DNA of 64,000 nucleotides, taken from the IMG/VR virus record IMGVR_UViG_3300027708_003081, one strand, 5' to 3'. The position numbers were made by a program, and so were the translations under genes. The stretch comes from a virus. Taxonomy: Duplodnaviria > Heunggongvirae > Uroviricota > Caudoviricetes. The notes under the pieces are model-generated. The model was not told the DNA's origin, made no database searches, and worked only from the letters and a program-made list of their open reading frames with translations. This document shows, piece by piece, positions 45,243 to 54,464 of the stretch; the stretch's first letter is position 1, and every line of letters starts with the position of its first letter.

Positions 45243-46472
45243 TTATTTAAGTAATTTTTTTATTCTTTCTATATTCTCGTTAATTTTTTCATCTTCTTTA
45301 TCCACCTCTTTTTCTTTATATGTGGGACTCATTTTTGTTAACCAATTAGGTGTTGGTTGTTCTTTGTCAGTTGCTCTTGCCCATCTTTTTTCAATCCTTT
45401 CACCTGTTTTTTTATCGTATTTGTCTTTAAATGGATTTAATAACTTGAAAGGCGCTTGTATTAATGCAGCCATTAATGGGTCTTTGTATGTTTTAGATTT
45501 TTTATATTCTTTTTCTTTATCGTCATCTTTGTCTTTATCATCGTCTGTATCTACGTTAAGATATTTTGTTATTGATACCTTATCATAAGTAGAGTTGTAA
45601 AGTGAAATAATAACATCATCATTTGTTTCACCTATTATTTTTCCTTTACGTACTTTTTCACCATCAGAAACGTAAGGTTTGGTTATATTGCAAAATTCTA
45701 AATAATATTTTTTCTCTTTAATAAGATGTTGAATTACAATTTTATTAACACAAGACGTACTAGAATCTTTTTTATTATTTACAATACCATCGACAGGACT
45801 TTTAATTTGTGAATTACTATTTTTTGGTAATTTAATTGTGCCCGAACTTAAAACTTTATCTTTACCGAATTCTGAATATATTTTTTCTTCTTTTAAACCA
45901 AATGAAGCACCTATAGATTTTATAAAATTTCTTTCTATATCATCTGTAGGAGTACTTCCTGATTGTGATGTTGCAAAGTCTTTTGAAGGTGAGAGAGGTT
46001 CTGAAATTGGGGTATCTTGTTTTTCTGTTGGGGTACCTGTTGTATTTGAAACGTGAACGTGATTATCGTGACCGGGAAATCCAAAAGTTAATACTGCTTT
46101 AGGGTTACCAGATTCTCTATTTTTAGTATAACCCATTTTTATCAATTCACCTACAAGTTTGTCGGCGTCTCCTCTATTTGAGTTACTAACTGCTTTACCA
46201 TTAATTATTGCAATATCAACCGCATTACCTGTTGTATGTCTTGATTTACCTGTTTTGTGTCCTGAAACTGCTGTCGTGACATCAACCTTTACATTAGCTC
46301 TTTCAGCTGCAGTTTGAACATCCTTTAAAAGTGCGACATTAATATTATCTTTAGATGGTGTACTACTACCTACGACTCTATCTTTAAAATCAACATTTGC
46401 GTATACATCATCCGCCTCTGAAATATTCATAAGTGTTTTTAACCTAGTAATATTTTCATTTAATTTTTTCAT
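45243..46472 (-). CDS. Cell-wall peptidase: leader, M15-like zinc peptidase, degenerate M23-like domain
   Basis: SRHTTGNAVDI...HDNHVHVS; SPVDG.V...V..G.KV.KG..IG. Confidence 0.7.
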   Translation of the reverse strand: MKKLNENITRLKTLMNISEADDVYANVDFKDRVVGSSTPSKDNINVALLKDVQTAAERANVKVDVTTAVSGHKTGKSRHTTGNAVDIAIINGKAVSNSNRGDADKLVGELIKMGYTKNRESGNPKAVLTFGFPGHDNHVHVSNTTGTPTEKQDTPISEPLSPSKDFATSQSGSTPTDDIERNFIKSIGASFGLKEEKIYSEFGKDKVLSSGTIKLPKNSNSQIKSPVDGIVNNKKDSSTSCVNKIVIQHLIKEKKYYLEFCNITKPYVSDGEKVRKGKIIGETNDDVIISLYNSTYDKVSITKYLNVDTDDDKDKDDDKEKEYKKSKTYKDPLMAALIQAPFKLLNPFKDKYDKKTGERIEKRWARATDKEQPTPNWLTKMSPTYKEKEVDKEDEKINENIERIKKLLK

Positions 46473-46484
46473 ACTAATAAATAC

Positions 46485-46676
46485 TTAAATTTCAGGAAAA
46501 TTCCTGTTGTTAAGTTCTTTAATTGATAATGTGTTATTTTTCCATTCTTTCCAAGTATCAAAGACTTTAAGTTCTTCTAATGCGCCTTCAGTAATCAATA
46601 TAAATCCATCAGGGGCGATGCCATCATACTTTTTCATCGGGCCTCCTTCTTCTAAAATTTTTTTAATATCTATCAT
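46485..46676 (-). CDS. Hypothetical protein
   Basis: ORF track. Confidence 0.6.
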   Translation of the reverse strand: MIDIKKILEEGGPMKKYDGIAPDGFILITEGALEELKVFDTWKEWKNNTLSIKELNNRNFPEI

Positions 46677-46748
46677 ATTCTAATATTTATTTAAATATAA
46701 TAAAATTTAGTCATTAAGACATAAATTTAAAATTTAACCCTATGGCTG

Positions 46749-46973
46749 ATGCAGATAAACAGAAAAACTTGGAGAGCCACGTTTCAAGACAATCTCTCCC
46801 AAATATTTTTAATGTTGGCATTATTTTTCAATCCTTTTGGGTTCGATGCCGTTCAGTATTCTCTGATGTTATGGACAGGAAGTTTATGGAAAGCCAACTT
46901 CGTTATGTATTGTATTGCGGGAGTATTCTTTGGATTATATATCTACTTTCGCAGGCTTTCTAAGAAAAACTAA
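46749..46973 (+). CDS. Small two-TM membrane protein
   Basis: FLMLALFFNPFGFD and FVMYCIAGVFFGLYIYF. Confidence 0.65.
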   Translation: MQINRKTWRATFQDNLSQIFLMLALFFNPFGFDAVQYSLMLWTGSLWKANFVMYCIAGVFFGLYIYFRRLSKKN

Positions 46974-47302
46974 TATAGAATATCTACAAACTTATTTTCA
47001 TAAGAAAATTTCTTACCTGGCATTATTTTGGGTAATTCAATGTATGCCCAATCAGTTAAAAAATCATATAATTGGTATACATCCATACCAAGAGCTTCCA
47101 TCATAGTTTGATATAATGCGGGATATATTCTTATTTCTTCTTCATCAACAAGAACCATCGCACCATCATACTTATCATTTTTTGTAATATCAAAAAAACC
47201 CTGATGATATTCCCAACTACGAAATCTTCCACGCCCCAATTCTTTATTAAGTAAATTGAAAACTAATTTTTTAAATCTTTCGTTTGAGAGTTTATATTTC
47301 AT
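46970..47302 (-). CDS. Hypothetical protein (MKYKLSNERFKKLV leader-like start)
   Basis: ORF track. Confidence 0.75.
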   Translation of the reverse strand: MKYKLSNERFKKLVFNLLNKELGRGRFRSWEYHQGFFDITKNDKYDGAMVLVDEEEIRIYPALYQTMMEALGMDVYQLYDFLTDWAYIELPKIMPGKKFSYENKFVDILY

Positions 47303-47303
47303 A

Positions 47304-48767
47304 TTAAAGCGGGACTAAATTACCTTCTTTGAAATCATCAAAGTTAGGGCCTTTTGTTAAAATATTTTTTTTATTTTTTCTTTCGTAATTTAATATTCCG
47401 GCGTTTCTTGCAGATGCGAAAAACGCACTAAAATATCCTTTTGGTTGTATATGACCTCTTTTTCCAATATATTTTTTTGTTCCGTCAGGGTTGACTAAAA
47501 TTCTAACAACTTTTGCGTCTTCCAAGAAATCTATTGCATTTCCTTCTTTTCCACTATCTATATAATCAACTAATTTATTGATTAAACCACCCTTTCTTTC
47601 AAAGGTAAATCCATAACTACTTCTATTTGGACTCCAACTTTTTTTACCACCTAAAACAAATTTTTGTAAGTTTTTATCATATTCAAGCCTTCTCCAAATT
47701 TGAGAATTCAATATATTACAAACTTGTTTAAATGGGGGAATAGTGCTTTGCGTTAGGTTTAATCCAAAATTGGCATCCATATGCCACAAAGTAGTAAGTT
47801 CGGCAGGCGGTTCAAAGTTATCATCGGGTTCATAACCAACATCAAAAGAATATGAATCATTTCCAGGTAGTTTATTATAAGAAATTTTTAAAGTTCCCTG
47901 TTCAATTATCTGTTCATTATCTTCCCAACCTAAATAAACAATTAAATCCATTTCCGCAAATCCTGCACCTTCATTAGATATTTGAGGATTTTTAAATTCA
48001 AGTGTTAATGGTTTTTTTGAATTAAAGAGGTCATAGGTGGCAACTACGTGGTCGTGATTTTTTGGATTAAAAAGTTCTTTAATTATTTTGTTTTTGTTCT
48101 CATTAAAATCATCATCAATTGCCTTTGTTGCTTTTTTTCCTAATCCCACTTTTAATACATCAACTTCTCTTGGAGGCATCGGTGTATCTTTTGCATCATA
48201 CCAAGTATCTTGATTATTATCTCTATGTAATGCGATTTTATAAAACTTATTGCTAATATCAAACTCTTTCATTATTATATAATAAAGTCCCTGATTACCT
48301 GATGTATGTTTGTCGTAATATCCTGGTGAAGTTTCTGTTGTGCACCATTTGGTTCCGGCACCATATTTACAAGACGCTTTATGAGATAAAGGTTTCACAA
48401 TAAGAACTCTACCATCCTCATATATTTTTTTTGCGTCAGAGTCAATCTTTTTTTCTTGAGATTTTGAACTATAAGATTGTATAACGCCCATTAGTTCTGC
48501 AACATCAGGATATTGATTGATGTCTTTTTTTTCTAAATTCTTACCTATCCTATCAAAGTCTTTAACTAATTGTAAAACTTCTAATGCGTGTGTGGTGGAA
48601 GCAAAATCTAAATGATTAAAAATCCAATCAACATATTTGTAATTTGTTGCTTTTGTAAATTCATCATTTAAAATCGCATCTAAGGTTTGCATATCATACT
48701 CACCCATATACTTTTTAAGTAATGTTTCTCTTCTACCTTCAGATAGGACAAATTCAGAAAATTTCAT
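47304..48767 (-). CDS. Hypothetical protein with PLS..AS.KYG.GTKWCTT domain; MKFSEFVLSEG start
   Basis: Domain shared with 29836..30924; TATTTAT upstream. Confidence 0.8.
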   Translation of the reverse strand: MKFSEFVLSEGRRETLLKKYMGEYDMQTLDAILNDEFTKATNYKYVDWIFNHLDFASTTHALEVLQLVKDFDRIGKNLEKKDINQYPDVAELMGVIQSYSSKSQEKKIDSDAKKIYEDGRVLIVKPLSHKASCKYGAGTKWCTTETSPGYYDKHTSGNQGLYYIIMKEFDISNKFYKIALHRDNNQDTWYDAKDTPMPPREVDVLKVGLGKKATKAIDDDFNENKNKIIKELFNPKNHDHVVATYDLFNSKKPLTLEFKNPQISNEGAGFAEMDLIVYLGWEDNEQIIEQGTLKISYNKLPGNDSYSFDVGYEPDDNFEPPAELTTLWHMDANFGLNLTQSTIPPFKQVCNILNSQIWRRLEYDKNLQKFVLGGKKSWSPNRSSYGFTFERKGGLINKLVDYIDSGKEGNAIDFLEDAKVVRILVNPDGTKKYIGKRGHIQPKGYFSAFFASARNAGILNYERKNKKNILTKGPNFDDFKEGNLVPL

Positions 48768-48790
48768 AATGATAAATATACTATAAATTA

Positions 48791-48816
48791 AAAAACCCTC
48801 CTTTATGGGGAGGGTT
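48791..48816 (-). terminator. Terminator downstream of tmRNA
   Basis: AACCCTCC/GGAGGGTT hairpin with a U-run on the minus strand. Confidence 0.75.
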
Positions 48817-48820
48817 AATT

Positions 48821-49214
48821 TGGTGGAGGTGTCGGCGTCGAAGCCGAGTCTTGTTCGCCATAAAATCAGATGACTACACGTTTAGTACAACATTAATTCT
48901 CAACGTTACGAAATATCAGGTTTGATGTATGTGAGAAACCTACCTGCAAACAACTTGGTCTCAGAATTATTTTAAACGAGCTCTGACCTGTGACCCGTAC
49001 AACGGACTTCTGTTGCAAGGTGTATGTCCTAACCGACCCCAATGTCGTACTCTACTAATTAAGCAGCTACAACGCTTTCTTCTCTGATAAGACCAAGAGT
49101 AGAAAGTTTAGAAATGGTTTTGCCATTTACGTTTTAAATCAGTTTTTAAGGAGTTAATTCAGCTCCTACGTGCCATCTAACCCTATAAACGCCAATCAAT
49201 TCCATTTCACCCCC
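48821..49214 (-). ncRNA. ssrA: tmRNA; tag (A)GKTISKLSTLGLIREESVVAA at 49124..49059
   Basis: 5' GGGGGTGAAATGGAATTGA; 3' TCGGC-TTCGAC-GCCGA-CACCTCCACCA; G3.U70 pair; TAAAT-GGC resume context; tag ends AA-stop. Confidence 0.95.
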
Positions 49215-49294
49215 ATAATTTCAAATAACTTTTGTAAAGGTAAGAATAAATATTCAATATTCAAAACAAAAGAATATTTATTAATAAAATTTCT

Positions 49295-50413
49295 GTGAGA
49301 TTTATATTAGAAGAAGATGATGAAGACATAACCCTATATAAAGCGTTAAGATTATATACAAGGGGTAAAATTGATGAGGATGAACTTGATGGTGCCGATA
49401 AAGACATCTATAGAATCTCCCGTGCAAGTAATCCTGCACAATCAGAAATCACATTTGAATTTAGTGATGATGAAAAAATATTTGAATTATTGGGATTAGA
49501 TGAAGATGACGGATGGTTTGCGAGAAGGGTTATGGATTCATACTCAAATATTGATATTGAAGCTTATGATAGTATGTATGATGATTTTATTCAGGGGTAC
49601 GGCTCACTTTTTTATAACTTTAATAAAGAGAATTTGAAAAAACTACAAGAAATTTCACAAATGATTATTGGAAAAAAAATTGAATTAAGTATCGAATCGG
49701 ACAACTCTCTTTTGGCGAAAACATTAGATGAACTTTTTAGAAATGAAGCGAGTAATATGATTGATTATTTTCATACATATCTTAATGAAGAAATTAGAAT
49801 AACCGCCAAAGAGTCAATCAGTACAGAATTAAACGACTTTTTAAATAAAATTGGTTTTAAATTATACAGGAATTTTGATATGCTCATATCAACCCCCGCA
49901 AATCTTTTAATGTGGTATTTGAGACTTAATGAGAAAGATTTAGATTTTGAAGATTTATTTACCAAAATTTGTGAATTTACAATGAGTGATTCAAGAGGAA
50001 GAGAAAGACTTGGTGGATGGAATGAAAACCAATATGAGTTTAGAGACTCCGACAATTTTGATGATGTTGCATTTAATAGAGGAATTGAAACCCAACTTGA
50101 TAGAATAATTGAAAAACTTGAGGAAGATGAAGATACTCTTAGAGTTAGTCAGATTTATAAGCAAATATTTGAGATGGGGTATGATTTACAAAGGTGGGAA
50201 GAACTACCGAAAGATAATAAATATAAATTTAGAATTGAAAGCGTTGATAGAGACACATTAAAAATAAGAGTTAAGTTGTCTCAAACTCCTTATGATTGGA
50301 ATGATGAGGGAACACTTAGGAGCGTTGATATTGAAGGATTAAAATTACTATTAAATCACCCCGAATTATTCAAATTGCAAGAAAATATAATTAAAAAATT
50401 AAGAAAGTTTTAA
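49295..50413 (+). CDS. Acidic hypothetical protein
   Basis: ORF track (GTG start after TATTTAT); C-terminal LQENIIKKLRKF resembles the leader motif. Confidence 0.8.
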   Translation: MRFILEEDDEDITLYKALRLYTRGKIDEDELDGADKDIYRISRASNPAQSEITFEFSDDEKIFELLGLDEDDGWFARRVMDSYSNIDIEAYDSMYDDFIQGYGSLFYNFNKENLKKLQEISQMIIGKKIELSIESDNSLLAKTLDELFRNEASNMIDYFHTYLNEEIRITAKESISTELNDFLNKIGFKLYRNFDMLISTPANLLMWYLRLNEKDLDFEDLFTKICEFTMSDSRGRERLGGWNENQYEFRDSDNFDDVAFNRGIETQLDRIIEKLEEDEDTLRVSQIYKQIFEMGYDLQRWEELPKDNKYKFRIESVDRDTLKIRVKLSQTPYDWNDEGTLRSVDIEGLKLLLNHPELFKLQENIIKKLRKF

Positions 50414-50456
50414 TTATTCACATTTTTTACCTATCTTTGTATCAAACAAATATTAA

Positions 50457-51296
50457 ATGATACAAAATTTAGAATTATTAAAAGAGGTTCTTTCAGTTCC
50501 CACCAAAACATATAAAGAAGAAAAGATGATTATCTATCTGTTAAATTGGTTAACGGAAAATAACATCAACCATTATATGGATGATTATGGTAATGTTTAT
50601 GCGACCAAGAAGGAACAAGAAGTTTCAGATGACTTTTATTTTCCTTGTGTAATTTCCCACACAGATACTGTTCACAATCTTGATACAATAAATGTTAGAG
50701 AAGAGATGTTAAAAAATGCTCAAGGTGAATTAAAACCATCTTTTAAGGCGTATAATGATAATAATGTTCCAACAGGAATTGGTGGTGATGATAAATGTGG
50801 TGTATTTGCCTGTCTAACACTTTTACAAGAATTACCATATGTGAAAGCAGCGTTTTTTGTTTCAGAAGAAACGGGATGTCACGGCTCACGAATGGCAGAC
50901 CCAACTTTTTTTGAAAATGTTGGATATGGTATTCAATTTGATGCACCTGAAAATTGGATGATTACTGAACAGTGTTTTGGAAATGTCCTTTTTGATAGAG
51001 ATTCTGACTTTTTTGAGAAATGTGATAAGGTATTAACCGAAGGAATGGATAATGATAGAATGAGATATATGGTTCATCCTTATACTGATGTTTATGCTTT
51101 ATCAGACAAATTTGATTTTGCTTGTATCAACTTCTCAATTGGATATTATGACTATCATACAAGAAATGAATATGTGGTGATTGAGGATGTTTATAACGGA
51201 ATTGAGATAGGTAAACAGATGATTGAATCTCTCGGATATGTTAAACACAAAAAACGACAGGACGAGAAGAAAAGAACTTACAGTTCAATATTTTAA
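50457..51296 (+). CDS. M20/M28-family zinc peptidase
   Basis: GNVYA.K, SHTDTV, GGDDKCG, SEETG, FD, YHT..E; TATCTTTG at 50432-50439. Confidence 0.85.
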   Translation: MIQNLELLKEVLSVPTKTYKEEKMIIYLLNWLTENNINHYMDDYGNVYATKKEQEVSDDFYFPCVISHTDTVHNLDTINVREEMLKNAQGELKPSFKAYNDNNVPTGIGGDDKCGVFACLTLLQELPYVKAAFFVSEETGCHGSRMADPTFFENVGYGIQFDAPENWMITEQCFGNVLFDRDSDFFEKCDKVLTEGMDNDRMRYMVHPYTDVYALSDKFDFACINFSIGYYDYHTRNEYVVIEDVYNGIEIGKQMIESLGYVKHKKRQDEKKRTYSSIF

Positions 51297-51314
51297 TTTA
51301 AATCCCCACTCTTA

Positions 51315-51731
51315 TTAGAAGGTGGGGTTTTTTATTTCTTTCAAAAGATTTAAAAGATTATCGTCACCATATTTTATTATTAATTTTTTAAAAAGCTTGT
51401 AAGATTTAGTATTTATTATCTTTTTTTTAGATAAATTATCAAATTTAGTCACCCATTCTAAATTTTCTAATCTATTGTCGGCAACATTCCAGTTAATATG
51501 ATTAACCTCCATATTTTTAATATCTTCAATTTCATTAAAACAGGATAATACTAATCTGTGTAACTCAAAATAATACATATTTTTTTTATATGTTATTGTT
51601 ATTCTCATATAACCTGTTTTTTTATGTAGTCTTGGTTTTAAAATTCTACCGGTTTTATTATTTTTAACTCTGCCCAAATTTGATACCGAATAGAGATTAT
51701 CTAATTTTTTTATTTCAATCCATTTTTCCAT
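51315..51731 (-). CDS. NUMOD4-HNH homing endonuclease
   Basis: E.W..I....Y.VSNLGRVK; HRLV...F; VNHI.....DNRLENLEWVT. Confidence 0.9.
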   Translation of the reverse strand: MEKWIEIKKLDNLYSVSNLGRVKNNKTGRILKPRLHKKTGYMRITITYKKNMYYFELHRLVLSCFNEIEDIKNMEVNHINWNVADNRLENLEWVTKFDNLSKKKIINTKSYKLFKKLIIKYGDDNLLNLLKEIKNPTF

Positions 51732-51789
51732 ATTTATAAATATCTTAAAATATAAAAAAAGGGGAACATTTGTTCCCCTGATAAAAAAA

Positions 51790-53847
51790 TTAATCTACTT
51801 TCTTTTTTCTACTAACTCTTTTTGGTTTTTCCTCAACAACCAACTCTTCATTTATATTGACTTGTTCTTCTGAAACACTCAACATATAAGTTTTGTCCTC
51901 AAATACTTTACCAAGTAACACCTCCTCTGATAAGAAATCCTCAACTTTGTCTTGGATTGCTCTTTTGAGTGGTCTTGCACCAAATGCCTCATCATAACCA
52001 ACCTTGGTGAGATAATCAACAAGCGTATCGTCATATTTGATAACATATTTCATATCCAACAAACGAGTCATCAGTTTATCCAACTCAATTCGGGTGATTT
52101 TCTTAATGTCGTCAGGAGACAACGTGTTGAAGACAATCGTGTCATCAATCCTGTTGATAAATTCAGGTGCGAAAAACGCTTTCATTTCTTTCATCAACAT
52201 TTGTTTTTTGGCTTCTTCGTTGCTATAAGCATTTGAACTAAAACCAATACCTGTTCCGAAGTCCTGAAGTTTTTTAACCCCAAGGTTTGATGTAAGGATA
52301 ATCAAGGTGTTTTTGAAGTTGATTTTTCTACCCAAACTATCTGTTACGTGTCCATCATCAAGTATTTGAAGTAGAACCGTAAACACGTCCTTATGAGCTT
52401 TCTCAACTTCATCAAACAAGATTACCGAATATGGTTTATTTTTAACTTTTTCGGTTAAAAGTCCACCTTCTTCATATCCAACATAACCCGGAGGTGCTCC
52501 TACTAATTTAGATACAGTATGTTTCTCTTGGTATTCAGACATATCAACTCTGATAAGTGAATCCTCACTACCAAAAATCTCTTTTGCCAGTTGCTTTGCC
52601 AGATAGGTCTTACCAACACCTGTTGAACCAAGAAATACAAATGAACCAATTGGACGATTTGGGTCTTTGATACCTAATCTGTTTCTTTTGATAGATTTCG
52701 CAATCTTAATAACCGCATTATTCTGTCCAATAACCTTATCAATTAAGGATTTATCAAGATTTATAAGTGCCTTGTTATCGTCAACATTCATTTTACTCAC
52801 AGGAATATTAGTCATAGTCGATACAACAGAATAGACATCTTCAACAGATATTTTTTGTTTATCTTTTTGCATTTGTTCTTCAAACTTCTTTTTTTCGGCG
52901 TCTAACTTGGTTATAAGTTTTTTCTCTTTGTCTCTTAACTCTGCAGCTTTCTCGTATTGTTGTCTTTTAACAACGTCAACTTTTAATTGTTTCAATTCCG
53001 CAGCTTGTTTTTTCAATACCTCAATTTCTTCAGGAACTTTTAGTTCGGTTTGCATTCTCGCCCCAACTTCATCCAAAATATCAAATGCTTTATCAGGAAA
53101 ACCTCTATCCGTGATATATCTATCGGCAAGTTTAACACAAGCTTCAATTACTTCATCACTATAATTCACCTTGTGATAGGTTTCATATTTTTCTCTTATG
53201 TTTTTGAGAATCTCAATTGTTTCCTTAACTGATGAAGGTTCAACAATTATTTTTTGGAATCTGCGCTCTAATGCACCATCTTTTTCAATATTCTTTCTGA
53301 ACTCATTTAATGTGGTTGCACCGATGCATTGGAGCTCACCACGAGCAAGAGCAGGTTTAAAGATGTTGGAGCCGTCCATAGAACCTGAAGAGTTTCCAGA
53401 ACCAACCAAAGTATGAATCTCGTCAATAAAGACAATAATGTTTGGATTGTTGTGGAGTTCTTCCATAATAACTTTCAATCTTTCCTCAAATTGTCCTCTG
53501 TATTTTGTACCAGCAACAACGGAAGTCAAATCAAGTTCAACAATTCTTTTATCAACCAAATTTCTCGGGCAATCACCATTATAGATTTTAATTGCCAATC
53601 CCTCAACAATTGCAGTCTTACCACAACCTGGGTCACCAATAATAATCGGGTTATTTTTCTTTCTGCGAGATAAAATCTGTGCGATACGTAGGATTTCTTT
53701 TTCTCTACCAATAACAGGGTCTAATTTACCTTGTTCGGCAAGTTTAATTAAATCTCTACTGAAATTATCTAACACAGGTGTATCACTTTCTGATGAGGTT
53801 TTTTTCTTACTCATCATTTTTTCGTCATCATCCATTAGTTCATTCAT
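51790..53847 (-). CDS. clpC: ClpC-type AAA+ unfoldase lacking the N-terminal domain
   Basis: [24 protein letters not shown] coil ([11 protein letters not shown]), [20 protein letters not shown] ClpP-docking loop, GARPLKR. Confidence 0.93.
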   Translation of the reverse strand: MNELMDDDEKMMSKKKTSSESDTPVLDNFSRDLIKLAEQGKLDPVIGREKEILRIAQILSRRKKNNPIIIGDPGCGKTAIVEGLAIKIYNGDCPRNLVDKRIVELDLTSVVAGTKYRGQFEERLKVIMEELHNNPNIIVFIDEIHTLVGSGNSSGSMDGSNIFKPALARGELQCIGATTLNEFRKNIEKDGALERRFQKIIVEPSSVKETIEILKNIREKYETYHKVNYSDEVIEACVKLADRYITDRGFPDKAFDILDEVGARMQTELKVPEEIEVLKKQAAELKQLKVDVVKRQQYEKAAELRDKEKKLITKLDAEKKKFEEQMQKDKQKISVEDVYSVVSTMTNIPVSKMNVDDNKALINLDKSLIDKVIGQNNAVIKIAKSIKRNRLGIKDPNRPIGSFVFLGSTGVGKTYLAKQLAKEIFGSEDSLIRVDMSEYQEKHTVSKLVGAPPGYVGYEEGGLLTEKVKNKPYSVILFDEVEKAHKDVFTVLLQILDDGHVTDSLGRKINFKNTLIILTSNLGVKKLQDFGTGIGFSSNAYSNEEAKKQMLMKEMKAFFAPEFINRIDDTIVFNTLSPDDIKKITRIELDKLMTRLLDMKYVIKYDDTLVDYLTKVGYDEAFGARPLKRAIQDKVEDFLSEEVLLGKVFEDKTYMLSVSEEQVNINEELVVEEKPKRVSRKKKVD

Positions 53848-53899
53848 AATTTATAATTTTTACAAAGGTTCATCAAATTTTGGACATTACCAAACTTTT

Positions 53900-53970
53900 T
53901 GTCAAATTGTCCTGAAAATTTTCTATGTATGTCATTTTGTCATAATATGTTCTGTTGGCACATAACTTGA
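53900..53970 (+). promoter_or_regulatory. Putative sigma54-type promoter of hsp20 with upstream TGTCA-N3-TGTC(A/C) repeats
   Basis: TGGCAC-ATAAC-TTGA at 53956-53970 (GG-N10-GA); repeats at 53900-53912 and 53930-53942. Confidence 0.5.
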
Positions 53971-54017
53971 CTAATCAAAGATAATTAAATAAATTTAAAA
54001 AACAAAACAAAAAAATT

Positions 54018-54404
54018 ATGATTTACTTGAATTCACATTTCGACAAATTTTTTGATGGGTTTTTCGCACAACCTACTTATAGTAATATGGTTGTTAAAAA
54101 TTCAGATAAAGAACCTTATGAGGTAAACTACACCAAAGACGGAGCTTACTTATTCTTTGATGTTCCTGGCTTTAATAAGTCAAATTTAAAAGTAGAAATG
54201 GAAGGGGGAGTTCTTTACCTTGATGGTAAAAGAACATATAAATTAAATGGTGAAGACACAGAAAAAGTTATTTCACAAAAATTTAGAATCGGACAAGAAT
54301 ATAACCCCGACAACATCGAAGCAACAATTGAAGATGGTATACTTACCGTATTTGTTGCAAACTACAAGAAAACGGAAAAGAAAAAAAGAATAAGTTTGTT
54401 GTAA
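54018..54404 (+). CDS. Small heat-shock protein (Hsp20 / alpha-crystallin domain)
   Basis: DVPGFNK..L.V......L...G.R; I.AT.EDGILTV. Confidence 0.88.
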   Translation: MIYLNSHFDKFFDGFFAQPTYSNMVVKNSDKEPYEVNYTKDGAYLFFDVPGFNKSNLKVEMEGGVLYLDGKRTYKLNGEDTEKVISQKFRIGQEYNPDNIEATIEDGILTVFVANYKKTEKKKRISLL

Positions 54405-54464
54405 TCATTAACCCCCTTAAATGGGGGTTTTTAATTTTATGGGGTATTTATTATAAAAAATGTT

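Noticed and set aside
51952-53711. Several + strand ORFs inside clpC (likewise the antisense ORFs inside 36601, 37581, 56336, 58713 and the portal)
   Set aside because: Antisense shadows of strongly supported genes.
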